A stretch of DNA of 64,000 bases from an uncultured Phycisphaerales bacterium. Lineage in GTDB: Bacteria; Planctomycetota; Phycisphaerae; Sedimentisphaerales; Anaerobacaceae. Made by a program: the position numbers and the translations under genes. The notes under the pieces were generated by a model. The model searched no databases, was not told the DNA's origin, and worked only from the letters and a program-made list of their open reading frames with translations. The DNA lies in assembly GCA_963769245.1 (NCBI GenBank), contig CAVYKU010000002.1:165823-229822 (forward strand), given 5' to 3'. Below, piece after piece: positions 17,640 to 26,403 of this stretch (positions are counted from its first letter, which is position 1; the number at the start of each line of letters is the position of its first letter).

Positions 17640-17962
17640 AATCCTCTCCCTTATCCCCGGGTATCTGCTCACTTGGCAGGTAGCAGGGGATCCAGTTTTT
17701 AATTGTTATTGTTCAGAATTCGATGTTGGGCGTTGGACGTTCACTTCTGTCTTCCGTCTTCTGTCGTCCGTCCTCTGTTTTGCCCGCTTGGGACTGCTGC
17801 CCCGAAATGCTTGCGCTTCTGCGCTACTACGCCGAGCTCCTGACTCAGCGGGTTAGAATTTTAACAAACAACGTATGTAAGTCAAGATAAATCTAACTAT
17901 TTTCGCAAAATTATTTTGGTTGTCCTAAGTTATTGTCTTTTAGGGAGTTAGCATTAGTTGCG

Positions 17963-19330
17963 CTACGATAATTTTGCGCCGGTGAGGATTTCGAGTTTTT
18001 CTGGTTTGAGGCGTTTGAGATTTACGAGCTGGTTTTGGCCCAATTGGGCTTTGATAATGACGTTGTTAGCGGTGTATTTTTCATCGAGGATGGTCGTGTA
18101 AGCGCGCATGAAGCTCTGGATTTTGCCGTTTGCCTGGCTTGTGGTAACTTTGACGGTGATGACGCCGCCGTGGAATTTATCGATGACTGCTTCAAGGAGG
18201 CGTTTGAGGCCGTAGCCGGTTTTGGCGGAGACGGCGATGGCGTCGGGGTAAAGTGTCTGGAGCGTTTCCATTGTATTGATGCCGCTGAGGACGTCGATTT
18301 TGTTGAGGACCAGGAGGATTTGTTTTTCGCCGCAGCCGATGTCGGCGAGGACTTTGTTAACTGATTCGATTTGTTTTCCGGCGTCGGGGTTTGAGACATC
18401 GACGACGTGCAGGAGGAGGTCTGCGGTGATTGCTTCTTCGAGGGTTGCTTTGAAGGCCTCGACAAGCTGATGCGGGAGGTTGCGAATGAAGCCAACGGTA
18501 TCGCTGAGCAGGACTTCGCAACCGCCTTCGAGCTGCCATTTTCTTGTGCGAGTATCGAGGGTCGCGAATAGGCGGTCTTCGACATAGGCGTCAGCGTCGG
18601 TCAGCGCGTTGAGGAGCGTGCTTTTGCCGACATTCGTGTAACCCACGAGGCAAATCTGGAATACACCTTTTCTGCTGTCGATTTCGCGGACGCGGCGTTT
18701 GTCAATATCTTCGAGTTCGCGTTTGAGGTCGGTGATGCGTTTGTTTACGAGTCTTCTGTCGGTTTCGAGCTGTTGTTCGCCAGGGCCGCGAGTGCCGATG
18801 CCGCCTACGGCCCCTGCGGTGGTAGCTCCGCCTGCGCCGGCAACGCTGTCTAAGTGCGACCACATACGGGCGAGACGCGGGTAGGTATATTCGAGCTGGG
18901 CGAGTTCGACCTGGAGTTTGGCCTGGGTGGTTTTTGCGCCGGTGGCGAAGATGTCGAGAATCAATTCGCTGCGGTCGATGACTTTGGCGGGAATAATCGC
19001 TTCAAGCTCCCTGATTTGGCGCGGGAGGAGATCATTATCGAATATGATGAGGTCTGCGTCGAATCGCTTGACGCGCTGGGCGAGCTGTTCGACCTTGCCT
19101 TTGCCGATGTAAAGTGCGGGATGGATTTTATGGATTTTCTGCTGAAATCGGTCAACGACGATAGCGCCAGCACTTTCTGCGAGCGCGGTAAGCTCTTTGA
19201 GGTCATCGTTGTCTCTCTGATGTTGCAGTATGGCCGCGACTAATATGGCCCGCTCTTTGCGAACCCCAATGGTCTCACGCATTTTGTCCATTTGTTGGTT
19301 ATCTCCAAAATAACCCGCCCAAGTTACCAT
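17963..19330 (-). CDS. hflX: GTPase HflX
   Basis: Carries G1 GYTNVGKSTLLNALT, DTVGFI and NKID, plus an HflX N-terminal domain pattern. The true start may be an internal Met (MDKM...). Confidence 0.9.
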   Translation of the reverse strand: MVTWAGYFGDNQQMDKMRETIGVRKERAILVAAILQHQRDNDDLKELTALAESAGAIVVDRFQQKIHKIHPALYIGKGKVEQLAQRVKRFDADLIIFDNDLLPRQIRELEAIIPAKVIDRSELILDIFATGAKTTQAKLQVELAQLEYTYPRLARMWSHLDSVAGAGGATTAGAVGGIGTRGPGEQQLETDRRLVNKRITDLKRELEDIDKRRVREIDSRKGVFQICLVGYTNVGKSTLLNALTDADAYVEDRLFATLDTRTRKWQLEGGCEVLLSDTVGFIRNLPHQLVEAFKATLEEAITADLLLHVVDVSNPDAGKQIESVNKVLADIGCGEKQILLVLNKIDVLSGINTMETLQTLYPDAIAVSAKTGYGLKRLLEAVIDKFHGGVITVKVTTSQANGKIQSFMRAYTTILDEKYTANNVIIKAQLGQNQLVNLKRLKPEKLEILTGAKLS

Positions 19331-19396
19331 ATCTGCTTTGTTTCTTCAATAAAAGAAGGGGTAGGCGGGAATGTGGTTTTTTCGGGATTTTTTCAC

Positions 19397-19425
19397 TTGC
19401 AAAGGGCGGGCAGGGGGGATATATT
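19397..19425 (+). promoter_or_regulatory. putative sigma-70 promoter (TTGCAA-17 nt-TATATT) for rpsU
   Basis: TTGCAA at 19397-19402 and TATATT at 19420-19425. Confidence 0.45.
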
Positions 19426-19501
19426 ATCAATCGAACAATTTGGTGAACTATAGTTTATTAAACCTTTCGAGTCAGGTTTGTGTAAGGGGTGTTTTTGTAT
19501 T

Positions 19502-19705
19502 ATGTTGAAAGTTAAATCAAGAACAGGCGAATCAGTCCAGCAAATGATGAGGCGGTTCAAGAAATTGTGTGAAAAAGAGGGGTTGATACGGGATATGAAG
19601 CGAAATGCGTATTATGAGAAGCCCTCTGAGCGTAACCGCCGACGGATTCGCAAGGCACAGCGGATATTGCTGCCCTTTACGCCCCGTCCCAGACCACAAG
19701 CTTAA
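19502..19705 (+). CDS. rpsU: 30S ribosomal protein S21
   Basis: MLKVKSRTGESVQQMMRRFKKLCEKEGLIRDMKRNAYYEKPSERNRRRIRKAQR is the S21 signature. ATG at 19502 lies inside the longer track ORF. Confidence 0.9.
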   Translation: MLKVKSRTGESVQQMMRRFKKLCEKEGLIRDMKRNAYYEKPSERNRRRIRKAQRILLPFTPRPRPQA

Positions 19706-19781
19706 TTTTAGCCACCATTCGACTTGCTATGCTTGCTTAGGGCAGGCATAGCACACAGATAAAAGAATTAGAAGTTCTGTA

Positions 19782-21431
19782 TCAGTTCTTTTCGACAGGC
19801 CAGAATACCCAGTCGCCCGTATCGGCAAACCTTTCGATTTTGCCTTTTTCATTGCGGGCAACCTGTCCATTATCATCTTTCAAATTCTCTCCCCAACTGT
19901 AAAGCAGGAAACCATCCGCGGTCTTTTTGTAGGTTAGCGGGCCGGGGCTGAATGGGTCTTGCGGCAATTTCGTCAGATAGCCGGCCGCAACCAGCTCTTC
20001 GAGATTATCGGGAAATTTCCCTTTTTCTTTTTGAAAACGCAGTGCGGCGAGGATTGTCAGGGTGGCTTCTCGATGCGTTTTCAGTCGCCATCCTACCACG
20101 GCAATTCTGTCAAAGGACGACCTAAGCAAGTTAAACATAAACGGCGCATGTGCTGAATCTGTTAGTTCTGTCGATGGTTTGCTAGTTTTTTGCCAAGGGG
20201 TGAGTTGAAGATTTTGTTGGCTTTCGGCGAACATTTTTTCGACCTGAGCGAGGGCCTGTTGTCTGTCAGGATAGCTGATAGTCAGAAAAGACCAAATCGC
20301 ATCTTTCCAGCCGCGGACAAAATAAGGCGCGCCGGCTCTTAGCATTTTTCCATTGCCTTTACCATCGTCGGTAAATCCCTGCTGGATATGCTCATACCAG
20401 AATGCTTTTTCTCCGTTGAGGTCGATGGGAAATTCGTTTTTTGCAGAAGAAACCGACAATTCATCCTGCAGGCGTTTTAATTGTGCGGTCGGGATATCAA
20501 CCCGCGACAGTATCATTGTCGTTCTATTGTACGCGAGGGCTTCTATCGCCACTGCCACAAGTTGTTCGACAAGAAGTTCTTGTCCTTCAAGATGAGACGA
20601 AAATCTGAAAAGTGTTATTAAGTCATTAACGGTCCCGTCGATATCGCCTGAATATGCCCGCCAGTTGATTCGAGCGGCCAGAATATAACCGATTTGTCTA
20701 TATTCCACGAGGGGCTGCATTATATTATTAATGAGCCCAGGATTGTGATTGTGGACAAGGACTGCATTGGCTTCGATAGTAATGGGGCCGGCTGCATTGT
20801 AATCCGTCCAAAAGTACGGTTTTTCCAACGCTTTGTTAAGCATATTGAGAGTTTCATCGCTGGCTTCCAGGAAATTTCTTGCCGCGGTTTTCTGCTCATC
20901 GTTCATATCACCGGGCCATATGCGGAGAATATCGTGGGCAGTCATCCAGTCATCGGTTTTGCGTGTAAGTTCGGCGGCTTTTTTGATTTCGGGCATTGCG
21001 TTGAGGGATTCGTCTCTGCCCTGCCTTTGTTGGTCAGTCAGCCATTGGGCGTAGTTTATCCTGATAGTAGGACTGCCGCGAAGCCAGGAAGCGCAGATTA
21101 GCAGATATACAAAGATTATCAGTGCAGAGGCAAAACCTCTTACGAGAATTTTCTGCCAGAGGGGCCGGCAGCGTTTTTTTGCGCGGCGCATAAGAACAGC
21201 TAATAGTTTCGGGTCGCCGAATCCTGATATTAATTGTTGTGCTTTTTGTTCTTTTTCCTCATTAGTTGTGCAATCCTTCAGATGTTCTTCAAAGTGGTCA
21301 ATCAGTTCTTCGCGGACTTCATCGCGTGCTTTTTTGCGGTATCGCATCTTTTTGATGACGAGGTTGATATATTCGACGGCGCAGGTCGGCAGTTCACCAA
21401 ATCCATCCGGTTTTATTTTTGATTCTGCCAT
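19782..21431 (-). CDS. PadR-associated membrane protein, paralog 2 (cytoplasmic N-domain, TM, large extracytoplasmic domain, pseudopilin-G-like C-terminus)
   Basis: 549 aa. The N-terminal ~95 aa and C-terminal ~90 aa are highly similar to the upstream paralog. The C-terminal DPFSPGPLTYKKTADGFLLYSWGENLKDDNGQ resembles GspG-type C-termini. Confidence 0.7.
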   Translation of the reverse strand: MAESKIKPDGFGELPTCAVEYINLVIKKMRYRKKARDEVREELIDHFEEHLKDCTTNEEKEQKAQQLISGFGDPKLLAVLMRRAKKRCRPLWQKILVRGFASALIIFVYLLICASWLRGSPTIRINYAQWLTDQQRQGRDESLNAMPEIKKAAELTRKTDDWMTAHDILRIWPGDMNDEQKTAARNFLEASDETLNMLNKALEKPYFWTDYNAAGPITIEANAVLVHNHNPGLINNIMQPLVEYRQIGYILAARINWRAYSGDIDGTVNDLITLFRFSSHLEGQELLVEQLVAVAIEALAYNRTTMILSRVDIPTAQLKRLQDELSVSSAKNEFPIDLNGEKAFWYEHIQQGFTDDGKGNGKMLRAGAPYFVRGWKDAIWSFLTISYPDRQQALAQVEKMFAESQQNLQLTPWQKTSKPSTELTDSAHAPFMFNLLRSSFDRIAVVGWRLKTHREATLTILAALRFQKEKGKFPDNLEELVAAGYLTKLPQDPFSPGPLTYKKTADGFLLYSWGENLKDDNGQVARNEKGKIERFADTGDWVFWPVEKN

Positions 21432-21443
21432 AAGAGCTATCCG

Positions 21444-23114
21444 TTACTTTTTCTTATCGTATTGACCATCGACCACGGGCCAAAATACCCAGTCGCCGGT
21501 ATCGGCGAACATTTTAGGTTTTCCTTTTTCATCACGGGCAATTTGTCCATCATCATCTTTTAGATTGTCGCCCCAACTGTAAAGGAGAAAACTGTTATCC
21601 GTTTTGCGATAGGCAATCGGTCTATCGCTGAAGGGGTCAACAGGAACCTGTTTAATATATCCTCGTTCAACCAGCTTATCGAGGGATTCGGGGAAGGCGC
21701 CTATATCCTGTTTGTATCTGACAATGGCGATTATAAGAGTTGTGCTTTCGGCGTAGATTTTGCTTCGAAATCCGATTATATTGACCCTGGCCAGCGAGGG
21801 CGAAAGAAATTTAAGGAAGATGTTATTGTTCGCGATACGGTTCATTTGGAAATCGAGGTCAATTCCTTCGGCCTTTAACCGGGCGGGGGGTTTGGAAAAA
21901 TTTTCATTAAAGAGTTCAACGAGGGCATCGATGGAAGCAATCGTTTCGGTCTTAGTGGGCGAGAAGAGGATGTTCGGAGAAAATGTTAAGGTCAAAATCA
22001 GGTCAACCATCGGATCATGTTTAGGGTTTGCGTTACGTGCCCCTGTGAATTCCAGGAATTCCATCACGCGTTTTGGATAAAGATGAGATGGGCCGAATCG
22101 GCTATCGGTGAAGCAACGCTGGATTTCATCGTATGCACAGAGCTTCTCTAAACTGAAATCCGGCTTGAAATTATCGCTGTCGATGAGGGTTTGAAGACGC
22201 TGCTGGAAGCCGGCGAGGGCGCTTGATTCAATTTTACAAGAGTCTAGGATTTGCAGAGAAGTTCGCAGGGCAATGGCTTCGATGGCCATAGCAACGAGCT
22301 GCTCAACGAGTATTTTTTCGCCTTTATAATGCCTGCCGAAGCGGTAACAAGTTTCGATATCCTGGAAGGCCGAATTAAAGTCGTTGGATTGTGCGTTTAA
22401 CCATGCCCGCCAGCGGAGTGCATAGGCAATTTGACGGAAAGGATAGAGGTCCGGCAGGAGAACCGACAGCATGGTTTGTTCGGGGTCCTTTGACTGATAT
22501 TGTTGCCAGCAGTAAGGTAATTTTGAACCTTTTGTAACAAGGGCAAGGGGCTCCTCATTTTTGGCAAGCCATTGGCTGATAAGTTTTTTTTGCTCGTCAT
22601 TGGCATCATAAAAATTGATGCGTAAGAGTTCTTTGACATCGTTTGCGTCCACGAGGGCTTTGACGGCCTTGTTATAAAGAGGGTAGGCGTTCGTGGAGTC
22701 GTCGGCGGATGGGCGGACGATTTTGTTGAGTTCCGCGATGTAGTTGGTTGTGATAATGGGTTTGCCTGAGAAGAACCATGCGATGTAAAGAATGAGGAGT
22801 ATTATCATCGCGGCGAGGGCCTGGAATGTTCTTGCAACGATGGTTCGCCAGAGGGGCCGGCAGCGTTTTTTTGCACGGCGCATAAGGATGGCTAAGAGTT
22901 TTGCGTCGCCGAATTCGGATATCAATTGTTGTGCTTTTTGTTCTTTTTCCTCATTAGTGGCGCAATCTTTCAAATAAACTTCGAAATGGTCAATAAGCTC
23001 TTCGCGAACCTCATCGCGTGCTTTTTTGCGGTATCGCATATTTTTGATGACGAGATTGATATATTCGACGGCGCTGGGGGGCAGGTTTTCGAATTGTTTC
23101 TCATCTTTAGCCAT
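21444..23114 (-). CDS. PadR-associated membrane protein, paralog 1
   Basis: 556 aa with the same architecture as paralog 2. It lies 45 nt downstream of padR, and a 12-nt gap separates it from paralog 2. Confidence 0.7.
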   Translation of the reverse strand: MAKDEKQFENLPPSAVEYINLVIKNMRYRKKARDEVREELIDHFEVYLKDCATNEEKEQKAQQLISEFGDAKLLAILMRRAKKRCRPLWRTIVARTFQALAAMIILLILYIAWFFSGKPIITTNYIAELNKIVRPSADDSTNAYPLYNKAVKALVDANDVKELLRINFYDANDEQKKLISQWLAKNEEPLALVTKGSKLPYCWQQYQSKDPEQTMLSVLLPDLYPFRQIAYALRWRAWLNAQSNDFNSAFQDIETCYRFGRHYKGEKILVEQLVAMAIEAIALRTSLQILDSCKIESSALAGFQQRLQTLIDSDNFKPDFSLEKLCAYDEIQRCFTDSRFGPSHLYPKRVMEFLEFTGARNANPKHDPMVDLILTLTFSPNILFSPTKTETIASIDALVELFNENFSKPPARLKAEGIDLDFQMNRIANNNIFLKFLSPSLARVNIIGFRSKIYAESTTLIIAIVRYKQDIGAFPESLDKLVERGYIKQVPVDPFSDRPIAYRKTDNSFLLYSWGDNLKDDDGQIARDEKGKPKMFADTGDWVFWPVVDGQYDKKK

Positions 23115-23159
23115 AACGTTGCTCCTAAGTTATTGATGCTCGGTTAACGGCTTATTCAG

Positions 23160-23501
23160 TTACGCTGGTTTAATCGCTGCGCCGAAGACGAAATCGAGGC
23201 CTGAACGCAGCTTTCGCAACTGTTCGGTCTGACTTGAGAGATATTCTTTGCCTTTGCCGGTAATCGAGTAGTAGCGTCTTTTACGGCCTGATTTGGCGGT
23301 TTCCACGCGGGCTTTGACGAGGCGTTTAGCTTCGAGGTTGTAGAGCAGAGGGTAGAGGGTGCCTTTGCCCAGCGTGAGGATTTCGTCGCTGCGGTTTTCG
23401 ATTGCCCGTGTCAATTCGTAGCCATACATTTCGCCGCGAGAGAGAATCTGAAGCACAACTACGGGGGCGATACCCTTGAGTAACTGACTTTCAAATTTCA
23501 T
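23160..23501 (-). CDS. PadR family transcriptional regulator
   Basis: Winged-HTH pattern GEMYGYELTRAIE...GTLYPLLYNLEAKRLV...RRYYSITGKGKE. Confidence 0.9.
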   Translation of the reverse strand: MKFESQLLKGIAPVVVLQILSRGEMYGYELTRAIENRSDEILTLGKGTLYPLLYNLEAKRLVKARVETAKSGRKRRYYSITGKGKEYLSSQTEQLRKLRSGLDFVFGAAIKPA

Positions 23502-23556
23502 ACCAATCTCCTTTTTAAGAAAACATCGTATTTAGTCATACTGTATTGTTATGCTT

Positions 23557-23585
23557 ATTATGTATTGCATACTATGTTATGTCAA
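23557..23585 (-). promoter_or_regulatory. putative sigma-70 promoter (TTGACA-17 nt-CATAAT) for the padR operon
   Basis: On the minus strand TTGACA lies at 23585-23580 and CATAAT at 23562-23557. The AT-rich region carries repeated TGTATTG/CATAC words that could be operators. Confidence 0.45.
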
Positions 23586-23698
23586 GTAAAAAATTAAAAT
23601 AATTTTTTACACGGACGAACACTGACTAGAACACGGACCGGCACGGACGGGAGAAGCGAGATACAAAATACGACTGCTGATTTGTTTTTTGCGGTTGA

Positions 23699-24298
23699 TT
23701 ATGCGGGTATTTGGGTGGTTCGGCGGGTGGCGGAAAAGCCGGAGATGATTGTGGCCGTGAGCATAGCCAGGAATGTAATGGCGACAAACCAGTTAGCCCA
23801 GGCCGCGGCTGGGGCGTGGGCGGATTTGATAAGGACGATTCCAACGGCCAGGGACTGGAGGAACATTTTTATTTTGCCTGAGGCGACGGCGCGGAAGTCA
23901 ATACCTTTGGCTTCGGCGGTGTGGCGAAGAATGGTTACATAGCCCTCTCTGCCAATCAGGATTGCGGCGATGCCCCAGCGGATAACGTTCATATAAGTTT
24001 CGGGAATGGCGAAGAGGGAGGGTTCGCGGATGACGGCGAAGCAGATGAATGCACCGCAGACGAGGATTTTGTCGGCGAGCGGGTCAAGCATACGGCCTAA
24101 TTTGCTGGCGACATTGAGTTTTCGGGCGATGGGGCCGTCGATGATGTCGGTGAGGGCGGCGATAATGAAGACTGTGAGGGCGTTGTCGAAAACGAAGGTT
24201 TTGTCTTTGGCCTGGGGTATATAGAGAAGCATACCAAGAAAGAGTATGGTCAGGACGAGCCGGCCAAAGGTCAATATGTTAGGAACCAGTTTTAGCAT
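23699..24298 (-). CDS. pgsA: CDP-alcohol phosphatidyltransferase (CDP-diacylglycerol--glycerol-3-phosphate 3-phosphatidyltransferase-like)
   Basis: The motif D(x2)DG(x2)AR(x8)G(x3)D(x3)D appears as DIIDGPIARKLNVASKLGRMLDPLADKIL. The protein has multiple TM segments. Confidence 0.85.
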   Translation of the reverse strand: MLKLVPNILTFGRLVLTILFLGMLLYIPQAKDKTFVFDNALTVFIIAALTDIIDGPIARKLNVASKLGRMLDPLADKILVCGAFICFAVIREPSLFAIPETYMNVIRWGIAAILIGREGYVTILRHTAEAKGIDFRAVASGKIKMFLQSLAVGIVLIKSAHAPAAAWANWFVAITFLAMLTATIISGFSATRRTTQIPA

Positions 24299-24334
24299 AG
24301 GCAGAGTTTACATATTGATTTGGGTAATTCAAGA

Positions 24335-25669
24335 TTAAATTTTTTTACAGAGGAGGTCGTAGTTTTTGAAGGAGGTTACTTTGGCGTTAATAAGGGAGCC
24401 GGGGGAGGTATGGCAATTGCGGATTATGCAGATGGGGTCGATATCGGGTGCCTGGCCGAAGAAGCGGGCTTTGGCGGTGTGATTTTTGTCGATGGTGTCA
24501 ACGAGGCAGGTTAGTGTGGCGCCTATTCGGGATTTGTTTTTATCGAAGACGATTTTCTGCTGGGCGAGCATAAGTTTTTCGATGCGAAGTTTTTTAACGT
24601 TATCGGGAACCTGGTGCGGGAGGTTGGCGGCGGTGGTTCCCTGTTCGGGGTAGAAGGGGAAGCAGCCGAGGTTGTCGAATCGTGCCCATTTGAGAAAAGC
24701 GAGAAGTTCGTTGAAGTGAGCATCTGTTTCGCCGGGGAAGCCGACGATGAAGGTGGTGCGGAGGACGCAGCCGGGGATTTTGGTTCGGAGGGTTTCGATT
24801 AGCCGGCGGATTTTGTCTTTGGAATGTGGGCGGCGCATTGCTTTTAGGATTTGGGGGTTGATGTGCTGGAGAGGGACATCGAAATACGGGAGGATTTTAT
24901 CGCAGGCTCCGACGGTTTCGATGAGGCGTTCGGTAATTCCCGTGGGGTAGAGATAAAGAAGTCGAATCCAGCGAAGTCGCGGGATTTTGGCGAGGTCGGT
25001 AAGCAGTTTCGGCAGGGCGTTTTGGATATCGAGGTCGCGGCCATAGGCGGTGATGTCCTGAGCGATGATATTGAGTTCGACTGCGCCTGAGGCGACGAGC
25101 TCTTTAGCTTCTGTGAGGATGAGCTGTTTAGGTTTGCTGCGTGCTTTACCTCTGATAGCCGGGATGGTGCAGAAGGAGCATTTTTTGTTGCAGCCCTCAC
25201 TGATGCGGAGGTATGCCCAGTGCGGTGGGGTGATACGGAGCCGGGTTCGGTCGTCGTATGGGATTTTGAGGGGGGCGGTTACGGCGGATATGGGTTTATC
25301 AGATGTGAAGGTCGATTGAATTATTTTGACGATGTTGTCTCGCGATTCGAGGCCGAGGACGGCGTCTATACCAGCGGTTTCATTGAGGATATTTTTGCCC
25401 ATTCGCTGGGCAAGGCAGCCGGCGACGATGACTTTCCGGATATGGCCCTTTTGTTTTCGTTTGAGGGCGTGATTGATGGCGTCGAGGGCTTCTGCTTTGG
25501 CGGGTGCGATGAAGCCGCAGGTATTGATGATGACGACGGCGGCGTTGTCGGGGTCATGGGTGATGCAGAAGCCGGCCTGGGCGATTTGTGCGAGCATACG
25601 TTCGCTATCGACCATATTTTTGGGACAGCCGAGGGATATAAAGCCAACGGTAATTTTCTTAGTATTCAT
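24335..25669 (-). CDS. rimO: ribosomal protein S12 methylthiotransferase RimO
   Basis: Carries the UPF0004 N-domain (GFISLGCPKNMVDSE), the radical-SAM CxxxCxxC (EGCNKKCSFCTIP) and a C-terminal TRAM-like domain. 444 aa. Confidence 0.9.
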   Translation of the reverse strand: MNTKKITVGFISLGCPKNMVDSERMLAQIAQAGFCITHDPDNAAVVIINTCGFIAPAKAEALDAINHALKRKQKGHIRKVIVAGCLAQRMGKNILNETAGIDAVLGLESRDNIVKIIQSTFTSDKPISAVTAPLKIPYDDRTRLRITPPHWAYLRISEGCNKKCSFCTIPAIRGKARSKPKQLILTEAKELVASGAVELNIIAQDITAYGRDLDIQNALPKLLTDLAKIPRLRWIRLLYLYPTGITERLIETVGACDKILPYFDVPLQHINPQILKAMRRPHSKDKIRRLIETLRTKIPGCVLRTTFIVGFPGETDAHFNELLAFLKWARFDNLGCFPFYPEQGTTAANLPHQVPDNVKKLRIEKLMLAQQKIVFDKNKSRIGATLTCLVDTIDKNHTAKARFFGQAPDIDPICIIRNCHTSPGSLINAKVTSFKNYDLLCKKI

Positions 25670-25780
25670 TTGCTGATATAATAAAGTGTTTGACGGTTAT
25701 CACAAGGTTGTTATACTAAATAACGGCTTAAAATGTTTTTTGAAATATGAGGAATCCATAATTTTCTGGAGGGCAGTATA

Positions 25781-26158
25781 ATGGATGAGTTTCAAGCAGG
25801 CAAGCCGGGCGGACAGAACACAGAGAAGCCGATACCGTTTGATGACGGGTTGTCGGTGTCACATTCGCCATTAGACCTCGGAGGGGGCACATCGAGCAGC
25901 GCAAGCGAAGCATCGGAAGATATGCCTATGCCCGTTATAAAGGACACAGGCAAGAAGGTGAGCTGGCCCGACCGGATTACGGGCATCAAGAATTTCTATA
26001 CGAAGCTGCATCCCGGGGCGATTGAGTTTCTGGATGAGCAGATTTGCAAATGGCTGATGGATAACCCGGGAGTTACCGTAAAGCATACGAATACGGTTAC
26101 GGGCGATATCGTAGCCAAGAAGACAGAGCCGAATATTATAATTACGGTTTGGTATTGA
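25781..26158 (+). CDS. hypothetical protein
   Basis: 125 aa. GGAGGG lies upstream of the ATG. The N-terminal half is low complexity, and I recognised no family. Confidence 0.5.
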   Translation: MDEFQAGKPGGQNTEKPIPFDDGLSVSHSPLDLGGGTSSSASEASEDMPMPVIKDTGKKVSWPDRITGIKNFYTKLHPGAIEFLDEQICKWLMDNPGVTVKHTNTVTGDIVAKKTEPNIIITVWY

Positions 26159-26194
26159 TTGTTGCCACTAAGTCACGAAGGCACGAAGTTAATT

Positions 26195-26223
26195 TTGAGT
26201 TTTAAGTGTTTAGTTTTTAAATG
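26195..26223 (+). promoter_or_regulatory. putative promoter (TTGAGT-17 nt-TAAATG) for the thiC leader
   Basis: The hexamers are spaced 17 nt apart and end about 8 nt before the riboswitch P1 stem. Confidence 0.35.
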
Positions 26224-26230
26224 CAGTTGT

Positions 26231-26321
26231 TCACTAGGGGTGGCCTGTTGGATGGCCTGAGAGCAAACCCTTTGAACCTGACAGGACAGCCGAAAGAGGC
26301 GAGGCCTGCGTAGGGAAGTGA
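26231..26321 (+). promoter_or_regulatory. TPP (THI-box) riboswitch aptamer
   Basis: GGGGTGGCC...GGCCTGAGAGCAAACCCTTTGAACCTGACAGG...GCCTGCGTAGGGAAG matches the conserved CUGAGA, ACCCUUUGAACCUGA and GCGUAGGGAA cores. P1 pairs TCACT with AGTGA. It lies upstream of thiC. Confidence 0.85.
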
Positions 26322-26354
26322 TAGAAGACAGTCGAAGATGTTGATATGAGATTG

Positions 26355-26389
26355 AAATCGCTTCCTTATGAAAGCGATTTTTTTGTTTT
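26355..26389 (+). terminator. riboswitch expression-platform terminator
   Basis: AAATCGCTT-ccttatg-AAGCGATTT followed by TTTTTTGTTTT, about 15 nt before the thiC ATG. Confidence 0.65.
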
Positions 26390-26403
26390 AAGGTGATAAA
26401 TAA

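Noticed and set aside
18022-18585. 187-aa Ser/Pro/Thr-rich ORF and other alternative-frame ORFs within hflX, with similar ones within infB, ppdK and rimO
   Set aside because: They are same-strand or antisense shadow frames of strongly supported conserved genes, with low-complexity composition.
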